This document shows, piece after piece, positions 1-12,759 of a stretch of 64,000 nt of DNA (its first letter is position 1; each line of letters begins with the position of its first letter). The position numbers were made by a program, and so were the translations under genes. Source of the stretch: Macrostomum lignano (Eukaryota); assembly GCA_002269645.1 (NCBI GenBank), contig NIVC01002733.1:62001-126000 (forward strand). Reading direction: 5' to 3'. The notes under the pieces are model-generated. The model searched no databases. It saw only the letters and a list, made by a program, of their open reading frames with translations, and was not told the origin of the DNA.

Positions 1-395
1 CAGTACTGGGTCAAGCTTCATTGAAATGGGTCAGTTTTGGGTCAAGCCTCATTAAAAATGGGTCAGTACTGGGTCAAGCTTCATTGAAAATGGGTCAGTA
101 CTGGATCAATTAAGCCTCATTAAAATGGGTCAGTACTGGGTCAAGCTTCATTGAAAATGGGTCAGTACTGGGTCAATTAAGCTTCATTGAAAATGGGTCA
201 GTACTGGGTCAATTAGGCTTCATTGAAAATGGGTCAGTACTGGGTCAATTAAGCTTCATTGAAAATGGGTCAGTACTGGGTCAAGCCTCATTAAAAATGG
301 ATCAGTACTGGGTCAAGCTTCATTGAAAATGGGTCAGTTCTGGGTCAAGCTTCATTGAAAATGGGTCAGTACTGGGTCAAGCTTCATGGGTCAAG
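1..395. repeat. Tandem minisatellite, ~32-37 bp unit
   Basis: Repeated gggtcagtactgggtcaagcttcattgaaaat with small indels; runs off the window start. Confidence 0.95.
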
Positions 396-423
396 CCTAA
401 GACAAGTTGCGTCAGCAACTGAG

Positions 424-3183
424 TCACAGGTGCACTGGTTCCGGGTTGTCATCTTCACTGTCTCCACCGCCACCTTCGGTGAACTGTACAGCTGCGGCAT
501 AGGCATGCGGTACAGTGAGCAGATTTTCGCTCGCCTGATGCTGGTGCTGGTGCTGATGCTGGAGCTGGTGCTGGTGCTGGTGCTGATGCTGGTGAGGCAG
601 CAGCAGCATCGCCGACTCTCCAGCGCCGGAGCAGCAGATGCTCGACTCTCGGCTGCGTCCGCTAGCGCCGGCACCGGCGCTCGCTCGACTGGCGCGCCGG
701 CTTCCAGGCGTCCGATTTGTGCCGGGACTCGAGCGGACGGAATTGCACCGTCTGTGCGGACAGCCGACTGTGGCTCCGCCGGCGGTGGACACGGAGCCGC
801 TGCGCTGCGAATTCTGGCTGACGCTGCGCTGCGAATTGATCGACGACGAGCGCGAGCGTCGGACCAAGCAGTGCGGCACCGGCAGCTCCTCGGTGACGAA
901 CAGGTCGGGCAGTGGCGGCAGCTGGTTATGCGACGGGGCCAGCGAGGCGCGCTTAGCGCTGCTTCGCCGACGCTGAAGCAGCTGCTGCTGATGAAGCTGC
1001 TGAAGCTCGATTCGTCGCCTGCGACGCTCTTCCCGGTGGCAGAGCTCGTAGCAGAGCACGCAGGCGGCGATGGTTAGGCACAGGATGCTGCACAGCATCA
1101 GGTAGAAGCTGAACCCCGGCACGGCTCGCCAGCTGGTGGCTCCGATGACCACCAGGTTCAGCAGGTGCGACAGGCGCGGCTCTGCCTCGGCCTGGAGAGC
1201 CGCCGACGAAGCGTGTACAACGAAGAAGTAGGCGAAGACGGACACGGCTCCGATCTGACTTGGAGCTGAACGACGAGGATAAGGAGGTTTTTTCTTGGAT
1301 GACTCATGCGATGCTTAAGACATCTCAAAGCCGAAGAATCAAAGAACTGCTGACTTTGCAAACTAGACGCTTTCCAAACAACACACTTCACTAACAAGTC
1401 GATCACTTACCAAACAAGTCACTTACCAAACAAGTCACTTACCAAACAAGTCACTTACCAAACAAGTCACTTACCAAACAAGTCACTTACCAAACAAGGC
1501 ACTTACCAAACAAGTCACTTACCAAACAAGGCACTTACCAAGCAAGGCACTTACCAAACAAGGCACTTACCAAACAAGTCACTTACCAAACAAGACACTT
1601 ACCAAACAAGTCACTTACCAAACAAGTCACTTACCAAACAAATCACTTACCAAACAAGGCACTTACCAAACAAGTCACTTACCAAACAAGTCACTTACCA
1701 AACAAGTCACTTACCAAACAAGTCACTTACCAAACAAGTCACTTAGCAAACAAGTCACTTACCAAACAAGTCACTTACCAAACAAGGCACTTACCAAACA
1801 AGGCACTTACCAAACAAGGCACTTACCAAACAAGGCACTTACCAAACAAGGCACTTACCAAACAAGGCACTTACCAAACAAGGCACTTACCAAACAAGAC
1901 ACTTACCAAACAAGGCACTTACCAAACAAGTCACTTACCAAACAAGTCACTTACCAAACAAGTCACTTACCAAACAAGTCACTTACCAAACAAGTCACTT
2001 ACCAAACAAGGCTTACCAAACAAGTCACTTACCAAACAAGACACTTACCAAACAAGACACTTACCAAACAAGACACTTACCAAACAAGACACTTACCAAA
2101 CAAGACACTTACCAAACAAGTCACTTACCAAACAAGACACTTACCAAACAAGACACTTACCAAACAAGTCACTTACCAAACAAGTCACTTACCAAACAAG
2201 TCACTTACCAAACAAGTCACTTACCAAACAAGGCTTACCAAACAAGTCACTTACCAAACAAGTCACTTACCAAACAAGTCACTTACCAAACAAGTCACTT
2301 ATCAGACAAGACACTTACCAAACAAGACACTTACCAAACAAGACACTTACCAAACAAGACACTTACCAAACAAGACACTTACCAAACAAGTCACTTACCA
2401 AACAAGGCTTACCAAACAAGTCACTTACCAAACAAGTCACTTACCAAACAAGTCACTTACCAAACAAGTCACTTATCAGACAAGACACTTACCAAACAAG
2501 ACACTTACCAAACAAGACACTTACCAAACAAGACACTTACCAAACACGACACTTACCAAACAAGACACTTACCAAACAAGACACTTACCAAACAAGACAC
2601 TTACCAAACACGACACTTACTTAACAATACACTTCTTAAACAAGTCACTTCATAAACCAACCACAAGTTAATACACTTGGAGTTTGGGTAGACAAAATCC
2701 AAACTTCATTAAATTGTGACCATTCTCAAAGCGAGAATTAAAATATATACAGGAAAATGTAACTTTACCAGCAATAGCCGAGCAGACAAACTCAATCATC
2801 AAAATGCAGTCGGAAGCTTGACCATCGCGGCGGAGTATTCGAACGATCTCCAGGCAGAATGCAACGCAAGCGAGTCCGGTGCCAAGAGCCGCCAGGCTGA
2901 GCACAATGCGAATGACTGCGGATTTTTTATTTTAATAACAATCCAATTACTGCGAGTAGGTTTTATGTAGGATTATAATAAAGCCACTGTACTAACCATT
3001 TGTGTTTTGATAATTGTCGTGCTCCTTAATCTGAATACCGTCTGACAACGGCTGGACTTCTGTAGATCTGCCTTGCCCATAGTGCACGTGAATATTGCGC
3101 CAAGATGAAGTGGCCAGACTCACTATTGATGCCAGAATACCAATTAGCATGAATATTGTGCCCAGAGCGCGAGTTGTAGCCAT
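424..3183 (-). CDS. Four-TM claudin/PMP22/TMEM47-like membrane protein with long low-complexity C-tail (~391 aa, 3 exons)
   Basis: Exons 3183-2997, 2915-2769, 1265-424. Donors G|GTTAGT and G|GTAAAG, acceptors ccgcag and gttcag, phases 1-1 consistent. Four hydrophobic segments; SSW after TM1; GFSFYLM before TM4; HQ repeat in tail. Family call is from topology only. Confidence 0.75.
1404..2620. repeat. 16-bp minisatellite filling intron 2 of the tetraspan gene
   Basis: Unit cacttaccaaacaagt, ~76 copies. Confidence 0.97.
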
Positions 3184-3280
3184 ATTTTTGTTTATTGTTT
3201 TCAATTAGAGTCAAACGGTTTTTTTTTAAGTTGTGCTGGCCTGATTTTTTCTGTTAGTCCATTAATTATTTAAAAATTTT

Positions 3281-3530
3281 ATGGGTTGGTCACTGGATGG
3301 TTTAGTAACTCAATGGGTTGGTCACTCGATGGGTTGGTCACTCGATGGGTTGGTCACTCGATGGGTTGGTCACTCGATGGGTTGGTCACTCGATGGGTTG
3401 GTCACTCGATGGGTTGGTCACTCGATGGGTTGGTCACTCGATGGGTTGGTCACTCGATGGGTTGGTCACTCGATGGGTTGGTCACTCGATGGGTTGGTCA
3501 CTCGATGGGTTGGTCACTGGCCGGGTTGGT
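3281..3530. repeat. 16-bp minisatellite
   Basis: Unit atgggttggtcactcg, ~15 copies. Confidence 0.95.
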
Positions 3531-4007
3531 CACTGGCTGAGTCGCTCGTTGGAGGTCGTACTTCTTTATTCTCCTGGAATTCACGAGTGATTTAACAATT
3601 GAAGAATATAATTGTTTATCAAGATGTTTAAGCGATAGGTTGTTGGATTCACGTAAACCCCTTCTCTTTAGCCGCAAGACGTCTCCAAAAATAGGTTGAG
3701 TGGCCATCCAGCTACCAAATATCTAATAACCCGCCCCCTCCTCTTGCTGCTACTCTCTGTTCTCCCGACCCGCTCTTCCGCTCTCGCTTTCTCGCCTTCT
3801 CGCCTTTTGGGAATTGAATTAATTATTCCGGTTGCTCTGAGATAGGGAATTGAGAGGCGAGGGTTACAGTTGAAGGATCTGCGACAGTAGAAGCGATGCA
3901 TATCGAACAGGGGGATGTTTCACCCGGCGAGGTCAAGCATTCATCTATCCCTCTCTCTCTCTCTCTCTCTCTCTCTTCATCTTCCTTTGCTTGCTTTGTC
4001 TTCTACA

Positions 4008-4230
4008 GCTGGATAAGACAGCTGGATCCAGCCTCCAGGAGAATGAAGTCTGCTTCATCGAGTTGAGCTTTTTCAGATCAAACTTGACGCGCTTGATGAT
4101 TGGTTTCGCTGAGTTAGTGATAATTATCTGTGCCATTTCTGTGATAGCTCGCACTTATGAACGCTTCGGCGATAAATCGTTGCATATGCTTAACCACCCG
4201 GAATGCATGCATTCTGTAGGTGTTGGTTCA
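4008..4230 (+). CDS. Candidate internal coding exon with one hydrophobic segment, gene unresolved
   Basis: Pyrimidine-rich acceptor ttctacag, open frame LDKTAG...VGVGS, donor GTAAGA; no recognisable homology. Confidence 0.25.
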
Positions 4231-4339
4231 GTAAGAAGCGTGTACTTATAGAGTCGGATTATAATTATATCCCATAAGGTAGGGTAGGGTATGGCTTCTA
4301 GATTTTGTTAGGATGATGCTTACTGTGTGGTTACTAGGT

Positions 4340-4740
4340 ATGGTTACCAGGTGTTTACTAGGTGGTTGCTAGGGTATAGTTACTAGGTGGTTGCTAGGGT
4401 ATAGTTACTAGGTGGTTGCTACGGTATAGTTACTAGGTAGATGTTAGGGAATAGTTACTAGGGGGTTGCTAGGGAATTGTTACTAGGTGTTTACCAGGGT
4501 ATAGTTACTAGGTGGTCACTAGGGAATAGTTACTAGGTAGTTGCTACTAAGGGGCGATTCTCAATGACTAAGGGGCGATTCTCAGTGATTGACTAAGGGG
4601 CGATTCTCAATGAGGGAATGGATACTATGAGCTAGGTTCAGAGTTCCTAGGGTATGGTTTGCTGGGGGTTGCTAGGGTGCGGTTACTAAGACTATGGTTA
4701 CTAGTTGGTTGCTATGGTATAGTTACTAAAGCGTTGCCAT
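4340..4740. repeat. Degenerate ~25-bp tandem repeat
   Basis: Recurrent gtatagttactaggtggttgctagg variants. Confidence 0.75.
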
Positions 4741-5344
4741 GGATATATTTTTAGTTAGATCGGCATAAAAAGACGATGCTGCGTGATCAGATGCAGCATA
4801 TTCGTGGAATACAAATTCACTGGTTAGTAGCACACACACACATGAAAAAGTGGGACTAAAATTACACGCGATGGGCGTGGCTTGGCTGGTTCAACTTCAA
4901 GAAATATGATAGGTAGGGGATAGATTGAAGCCGACAACTCAGCCCAGCATCCCTCTTCTCCTCCGCCTCATCACTTTCCCAATTATCGTGGAATTCGACC
5001 GATCAAAGTGGGCGCCGCCTGATAGAGCGAGGAGGAAGAAGGAGCCCAGCACTCGGTATCTGGGGAATTATGATAGTCCTGCTTGATTCTCATGCTCAAG
5101 CTCGTACCTCGATCCTCATGCGGCTGCAGAAATGCTAAATTTAGTTAATTTCTCTTCTTTTCCACTTCCTCGAGGCCAGTCCCGTTTCTTGGAAATTGCT
5201 ATTAGTTTCTTTGCCCCGATGTGGAAATCGAAAAATATGAATGCTGATGAAGCGGATCTGTCTGCTGTCAATGAGGCTGATTCGACTGCGGCTATGCTAA
5301 TCCTAGCTGCTGGGAATAATAAGTATTTCATCCAACCTCATCCT

Positions 5345-6215
5345 TTCAGATCGCAACCTATCCAATCTCATCCTATCCAATCTCACCCTTATCCAATCCC
5401 ATCCTATCTGATCTCGCACCATCCAATATCAGCCTTTCCAATCTCAACCTTTCTTATCTCATTCTATCTAATCTTATCCCTATCCAATCTCACCCTATCC
5501 AATCTCACCCTTTCCAATCTCACCCTATCCAATCTCACCCTATCCAATCTCACTCGGGAGGCCGTAGCCAAGCGGTCTAGCGCAGGCTCTGGTGTGCCAG
5601 CGACCCAGGCTCGATTCCAAGTGCAGTCACATTAATTTGGGGCTGAATTGGAATCTCGGCTTGGCTCTGCTCGTGCAATTAACGGCCTTGAGAGCCAACC
5701 CCCCCAAGGCGCAGTGAAGTGTACATGCCTGACGATAAAATAAAGTTAGGGCCACTGTACCTGCGGTACAGCTGTACCTGTACCTACCTGTACCTGAGTG
5801 TGTGCCTGCGTACGCGTGCGCTTGTATGCCTGCTCAGGGGAGTCGGCGGAATGGGCAGCAATGCCTCTCGCCGGTTGTGTGCCAATGTCGCTTAAAGTGC
5901 GCCAGGGTGCACACAACCCCCTGCCTCTAATTAAAAAAATCCTATCTCACTCTATCCAATCTCACCCTATCCAATCTCACCCTATCCAGTCTTACCCTAT
6001 CCAATCTCACCCTAATCCAATCTCACACTATCCAACCCCACCCTATCCAATCTCACCCTCCAATCTCACCCTATCCAATCTCACCCTATCCAATCTCACC
6101 CTATCCAATCTCACTCTATCCAATCTCACTCTATCAAATCACACCCTATCCAATCTCACCCTATCCAATCTCACTCTATCCAATCTCACCCTATCCAATC
6201 TCATTCTATCTAGTC
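5345..6215. repeat. 15-bp minisatellite interrupted by a SINE
   Basis: Unit ccaatctcaccctat on both sides of the SINE at 5556-5940. Confidence 0.9.
5556..5940 (+). mobile_element. tRNA-derived SINE, full length
   Basis: A-box GGCCGTAGCCAAGCGG, B-box GGCTCGATTCC, A-rich tail; colinear with the TSD-bounded copy at 59406-59769. Confidence 0.88.
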
Positions 6216-6385
6216 TCAATCTATTTATCTACTTTTTTGCTGAGCGCATCAAGTCACTTGCTATTCATTGCAAAACCAATTAAAACAGACTTCTATGCGA
6301 TTAATGGATTGATCAGAGGTTCTAAAGAATAAACTGCATTGGCCTTAAACAACCGAAAAGATAATTAGTATAGTGCTGAGCCTAT

Positions 6386-9300
6386 TCAGTATCTACAGGC
6401 AACTAGAATTGTTAAAATATTCAGCAGGAATAACCTCAGGATGCTTAGCTGGATGCTTAGCTCCATCTTTAAGTGCTCATAATTGCTCTTCATCCTTCTC
6501 GACACATCCTTCCAGGGGGTAGGCTGGCTAAAGTAGAAGAGAAGGGGAAAAATCAATTCGGGAAATTGCTTCAAGTTTTTTTCTGTCTCCTTCCCTAAAC
6601 GTGCAGCTTCCATTACGAGATTGACAAGAAGACAGCAATATTCTCCTTTAGTGCAAACTGGTAATAAGAATGCTGAGATGGCGCCAAATAGAGATGGCGC
6701 TTAATCGAGCTGGGCGCCAGAGATGGGGCTAAACAGAGATGAAACCAAACAGAGATGACGCCAAATCCACGCTGGGTGTCAAGCAGAGATGGCGCCAAAC
6801 AAAGATGGCGCCAAACAAAGATGGCGCCAAACAAAGATGGCGCTAAACGGGGATGGCGCCAAACAGAGATGACGCCAAATCGAGCTGGGCACCAAACAGA
6901 TGGCGCCAAATAGAGATGGCGCCAAATAGAGATGGAACCAAAAAGAGATCGAACCAAACAGAGATGGCGCCAAATAGAGATGGAACCAAAAAGAGATCGA
7001 ACCAAATAGAGATGGCGCCAAATAGAGATCGAACCAAAAAGAGATCGAACCAAATAGAGATGGCGCCAAATAGAGATCGAACCAAAAAGAGATCGAACCA
7101 AACAGAGATGGCGCCAAATAGAGATGGAACCAAAAAGAGATCGAACCAAATAGAGATGGCGCCAAATAGAGATGGAACCAAAAAGAGATCGAACCAAATA
7201 GAGATGGCGCCAAATAGAGATGGAACCAAAAAGAGATCGAACCAAATAGAGATGGCGCCAAATAGAGATGGAACCAAAAAGAGATCGAACCAAATAGAGA
7301 TGGCGCCAAACAGAGATGACGCCAAATCTACGCTGAGTGTCAAATAGAGATGGCACCAAACAGAGATGGCGCCAAACAATGATGGCACCAAACACAGATA
7401 GCGCCAAACAGAGATGGCGCAAAATCGAGCTGGGCGCCAAACATAGATGGCGTGAAATAGAAATGGCGCTAAACAGAGATGGTAATAAAACGGCAATGGC
7501 ACTGATAAGCGCGCCACCCTGCTGACCCTTGCAATGCCACCTTGTGCTCTCCCAATAATAAGTTTCTTCAGCAAATAATCCTACACGCCTTTTGGCTCGG
7601 GTGTGCACTTTAGCACCGGTTTATTGCCCATAAATGGGCTGGTGCAGCTCCCGCATCGCGCAGCTCCCCACAACGCCCTGCGCTGACGGCAGTTCTGCCC
7701 CAGTCAGCTGACTCCTAGCTGAGCACACACAAGCGCGCCAATACTGTAACGCAGGCACAACACTCATACATGCTTTAATATGACTGTCCTCACTTGTTGG
7801 GAATCCAGCTTACACCATTTTTAAAGCTTCCAGTCCACCGATGCTACACCTAGAAGTCCTTGGTCTAAAGGCCACACCCACTGTGAGTTGAGCAGTTCAA
7901 TTATTCATAAGACATATTTGATATTTCTCATGGTCGCCCAAACCCAACATCTAGGCACTGGGACTGCGGCTCATGGAGACAAAAAAACTAAACTATAAAA
8001 CAGTAAACTTGCACAGCAAACTTTATAGATAGTTTTATGGTTTTTATAAACATAAAATAACCTTACTACAATACCTGAATGATCGTGTACGAGCGTGTGT
8101 TTCAGCCTTAGATACAGTAGTGCGCTGCAGTAGAGCCTAACGGTTTATTCAAACTTATTTTCTAGCTAGATTATATACATCTACATACATTTTGAAGTTT
8201 TGAAGCTTCCCCCTCTCTCCTCTTCTCTCACCCCTCTTAACTTCTCTCCCCTCTCTCCTCTCCCTTCTCTCTCCCCTCTCCCCTCTCCCTTCTCTCTCCC
8301 CTCTCCCTTATGTCTCCAATCTCTCCCCTCTCTCCTCTCCTTTCTCTCTCCCCTCTCCCCTCTCACTTCTCTCTCCCCTCTCTACTCTCCCTTCTCTCTC
8401 CCCTCTCTCCTCTCCCTTCTCTCTCCCCTCTCTACTCTCCCTTCTCTCTCTCCCCTCTACTCTCCCTTCTCTCTCCCCTCTCTACTCTCCCTTCTCTCTC
8501 CCCTCTCTACTCTCCCTTCTCTCTCCCCTCTCTACTCTCCCTTCTCTCTCCCTTCTCTGTCCTTTTCTCTCTCTCCTCTCTTCTCTCCTATCCTCTCTCC
8601 CCCTTTCCCCTCCATTCACCCTCTTCCATGTCTCCCTCCCCCTCCCCAATAGAAGATCGGGTTGCCCACAATGTCAGTAGCCAGTCTTTCTGTCACGTGT
8701 GAGTACAATTAAAAAATTCAAATCTTCTTCTCCATGATAGAAAAACTGATTGCACAATGAGCGGCCTTGGACAAATTTCCTGTCAGCTGAATTCTCAGCA
8801 TTTCTCCTACTATTGCTGTCTGTCTCGTAAAGCACACATTAAAAACCAGAAGTCACGCTGAAATGCATTCAGTATGAAATTACGAGTAGGATTGGACATA
8901 TTTCTTCTACTAGAGGCAGCAACAAGGCTTCCAGCATTGGCTTTTTGATTGGGCAAACTATCGGCAATCAATATATGCAACCTGTTTAGCCTGAGCAACA
9001 GCCTGAGCAGTGCTAGCTCTGGAGCACATGGCAATGGCCTCTTCAAATATCTTTCAATCTTAGTAGGGAATTTTCGATTTTCTAGAAACTTTACCTTAAA
9101 TGATAAATTATAAAAGGTAGTCAGCTGTCAATTAAAAAATGAATTATTTAGGCTTGTTGACTAGACTAGCAATCCATTCTATTCATTTTACCATGATATG
9201 AAATAAGAAACGCAATCCAATCCAATGCAAAGTAGGAATATAAGTCAGGTAAAATTACATCACTTACCAAAGGAAACGTTGCTGAATCAAGAGAGCTATC

Positions 9301-9870
9301 ACCTGGTTGCCTTAAATTACTTCCTCACCTTTTATAGAAGCTTCACAGAACCAAGACCAGCTCTGTCACACACTGCCAAGAGCAACAAATTTTCCTGAGC
9401 GCTTCTCAGATTGATGGCTGCCGCAGAGAGTTTTAACAAGAAGAATGATTTCTATGGGGATAGTTCTGTACGGATAACCTGATCCGGAGCTTCTGGGAGA
9501 CAGAATTTGAAGCTGCGTTGCATCGGTTATCATCCTATAATCAGCCAGTCAGCAGAGGCTTATGGGGAAGAGAGGGGGGGGATTCTCGCCCCTGGCCTCA
9601 TTTATCCTCTCCCCCGCCCTTCCCCAACCCAATGCGAGTTGGGATATGCAAAGCTCAGTTCCTACAGAATTAGCCACTACGTTTTTCATGAGTATTCTTC
9701 TACTTCTATATTCGCAATCACTTCCAACTTCGGGTGCATCCTTGTTTGCTCCGATGGTGGCCCAGTGCGAGCCCGTCTGTCTTGTGTCCTGGATTTTGGA
9801 GGAGGGGGGCAAGCAAGCTTTCTGTAGTGTACATTATCGAGGTCAGTTGGAAAAAGCTTTTCAATGTCCT
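6386..9870 (-). CDS. Probable multi-exon gene, structure unresolved
   Basis: Several minus-strand open segments bounded by good splice signals (acceptor ~6530 before QPTPWKDVSRRMKSNYEHLKMEL; 30-nt exon LTTFYNLSFK at ~9095-9124; donor GTAAGT at 9267; DIEKLFPTDLDNVHYRKL at ~9870). I could not join them into one convincing frame. Confidence 0.3.
6676..7480. repeat. 16-bp minisatellite with 48-bp (3-mer) higher-order structure
   Basis: gatggcgccaaataga / gatggaaccaaaaaga / gatcgaaccaaataga alternate regularly. Confidence 0.92.
7690..7790 (-). mobile_element. Diverged SINE-related fragment
   Basis: gactcctagctgagcacacacaagcgcgcc...acgcaggcacaacactca resembles the reverse complement of the SINE 3' half. 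Confidence 0.45.
8181..8650. repeat. CT-rich low-complexity tandem repeat
   Basis: ctctactctcccttctctctcccc variants. Confidence 0.92.
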
Positions 9871-9892
9871 GTGTTACAGTGTCTCAATAATT

Positions 9893-10970
9893 GTCATAGT
9901 TAAGACACGGTCATGGCTAGGACAGGACACTGTCTCAGTCACAGTCATAGTTAAGACAGGACACTGTCTCAGTCACGGTCATAGTTAAGACAGGATGGAC
10001 ACTGTCTCAGTCATGGTCATAGTTAAGACAGGATGGACACTGTCTCAGTCATGGTCATAGTTAAGACAGGACACTGTCTCAGTCATGGTCATAGTTAAGA
10101 CAGGACACTGTCTCAGTCATGGTCATAGTTAAGACAGGACACTGTCTCAGTCATGGTCATAGTTAAGACAGGACACTGTCTCAGTCACGGTCATAGTTAA
10201 GACAGGATGGACACTGTCTCAGTCATGGTCATAGTTAAGACAGGATGGACACTGTCTCAGTCACAGTCATAGTTAAGACAGGACACTGTCTCAGTCACAG
10301 TCATAGTTAAGACAGGATAGACACTGTCTCAGTCATGGTCATAGTTAAGACAGGACACTGTCTCAGTCACAGTCATAGTTAAGACAGGACACTGTCTCAG
10401 TCACAGTCATAGTTAAGACAGGACACTTTCTCAGTCACAGTCATAGTTAAGACAGGACACTTTCTCAGTCATAGTCATAGTTAAGACAGGATGGACACTG
10501 TCTCAGTCATGGTCATAGTTAAGACAGGATGGACACTGTCTCAGTCATGGTCATAGTTAAGACAGGATGGACACTGTCTCAGTCATGGTCATAGTTAAGA
10601 CAGGATGGACACTGTCTCAGTCACGGTCATAGTTAAGACAGGATGGACACTGTTTCAGTCACGGTCATAGTTAAGACAGGATGGACACTGTCTCAGTCAC
10701 GGTCATAGTTAAGACAGGATGGACACTGTCTCAGTCATGGTCATAGTTAAGACAGGATGGACACTGTCTCAGTCATGGTCATAGTTAAGACAGGATGGAC
10801 ACTGTCTCAGTCATGGTCATAGTTAAGACAGGATGGACACTGTCTCAGTCATGGTCATAGTTAGTTAAGACAGGATGGACACTGTCTCAGTCATGGTCAT
10901 AGTTAAGACAGGACACTGTCTCAGTCATGGTCATAGTTAAGACAGGACACTGTCTCAGCCCACGGTCATA
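9893..10970. repeat. 34/38-bp minisatellite with internal palindrome
   Basis: Unit gtcatagttaagacag(gatg)gacactgtctcagtcatg; AGACAG...CTGTCT inverted repeat in each unit. Confidence 0.96.
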
Positions 10971-11682
10971 GTATGTCAATAACAGGAGCTGAAGTTACGC
11001 TCGTACATAATGATACAAAACCCATAGCAGAAATATTTGCCAACACAAGCTGATCAACTCTAAGTAACATTTTTTGCTACTCGGCAGCAATCGCCAACAG
11101 CAATGTTTGCGTAGAACAGCTGAATTAATCAAGTCTTAACTCAACACTCACTTGCTACTCATATATGTAACTGACTTGCATATATAGGATTCACGCCACT
11201 GCACAGAACTGTTAAATTAACTTTTCCACGCACCAGCTATGGGCATCTGTCTCTCAACATCTGCATCAGAAAGGCGAGTGTGGAATACGGCGGAGAGTTC
11301 AGTTCGGTTCGAAGATAGCGTGCGAGAGATCGAGGGGAAAGGGAGCGGAACCAATTCTAGGAAATGCTGAGTTTGGGGAGGACGAGAGTGTAACCAACAA
11401 CTCAAAAAGCTGTGTGGATGGACTTGGACTCGCATAATAGATGAGGCTTCGTACCGACAGGCAATACTCTTCAGAGCTATAGTTAGTATTGCTATATAGT
11501 CAGTAGTCGCTATTGTTAAGTATCTTAAGTACTACAAAATTTTAATTTTTAAAGCAAGAAGCATCAGCCCTAAAAGCCAGCTAGGCTATCTCTAGCCTAA
11601 CAACTCTCCCTGTATGTGCCTCCCAATTCACCACTGGAATATCAGAAATCCCCCGAAAGAGCCACAGAATTTCAGCACTCAA

Positions 11683-11907
11683 CACTCACACACTCACACA
11701 GGAGTGTACAGCGGCCCTGACTTTATTTATCTTTAGGGCATGTACACTTCACTTTACCTTGGGGGTTGGCCCTCAAGACCGTTAATTGCACGAGCAGAGC
11801 CAAACCGAGATTCCAATTCAGCCCCAAGTTCATTTGACTGCACTTGGAATCGAGCCTGGGCCGCTGGCACATCAGAGCGCCGTGCCAGACCACTGGGCCA
11901 CGGCCCC
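11683..11907 (-). mobile_element. tRNA-derived SINE, 3'-truncated
   Basis: Reverse complement of SINE head ggggccgtggcccagtgg...ggctcgattccaagtgcagtc. Confidence 0.85.
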
Positions 11908-12759
11908 TACTCCACCTGAGCCTTGTCATCTTAGCAATTCCCATAATGAGTCTTGAAATCTCAGCAATTCTCCCGTGAACTTTAATATGTTATAGTATTG
12001 TTGGGTTAGGGACTGTATTCAATGATACTGAATAGATTTAAGCCAATTTATTTAGACTTAAGAGTAGGTGCCATTGGCAACAAAAAGTCAGGCACTTCTG
12101 TGACTGAAATGTGCATTAATGATGATTTTGACTCAGATTCTCTTTATAGCTACTGTAGCTGAGCCGTATCCAGATTGTCAAGGGAAGTACCCAGAGACAA
12201 AAAACTGGGGTCATTAAAAACGGTCATGAGGCCATTGTACGCATCACGACATGACTCACGACATCACGACGTGAAATCAATCAAACAGTTGGACCTTTTC
12301 CCCAACAAAATCCCAAGGATTCACCCTTGCTTGTATAAAAAGCTCGACATGTGACATTTCCGGATCGTGACGAATTGAAGAATTTTTTGTGAGACCTTCT
12401 ACTACCGTGACTGTGCTGCGAGACGAAAAACTATTCAAATAAAGCAACGTTTCACAAAGATTTTGCACTTTTCTACATATATTTTTGAGACCTTCTTAAA
12501 TACTGATTTTATTGACCGCTCGGATTGCTGTAGCTAATTGCCTGGAAATTTTGCCAGCTGTTGCTGTTCAAGGTAATAGAGAAACGGTCCATGCAGTTTG
12601 ACAGCTGAAATCAGGAATTGTGAGCGATTATCTGCAACTGATACGAGCCAGCTCGCATGCAGATAATATCGGTAAATTGGAAAATAATGCTTGCTAGATT
12701 GTTACCTTAACAAACAGCCAACGCGTTTCAAAGCAGAAAGCCAACAATATTGAAGAATA

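Noticed and set aside
355-1077. 240-aa plus-strand ORF
   Set aside because: Antisense shadow of the GC-rich last exon of the tetraspan gene; it starts inside a repeat.
3281-8702. ORFs 3281-3595, 6613-7608, 6779-7574, 6853-7347 and 8200-8702
   Set aside because: They arise from tandem or low-complexity repeats.
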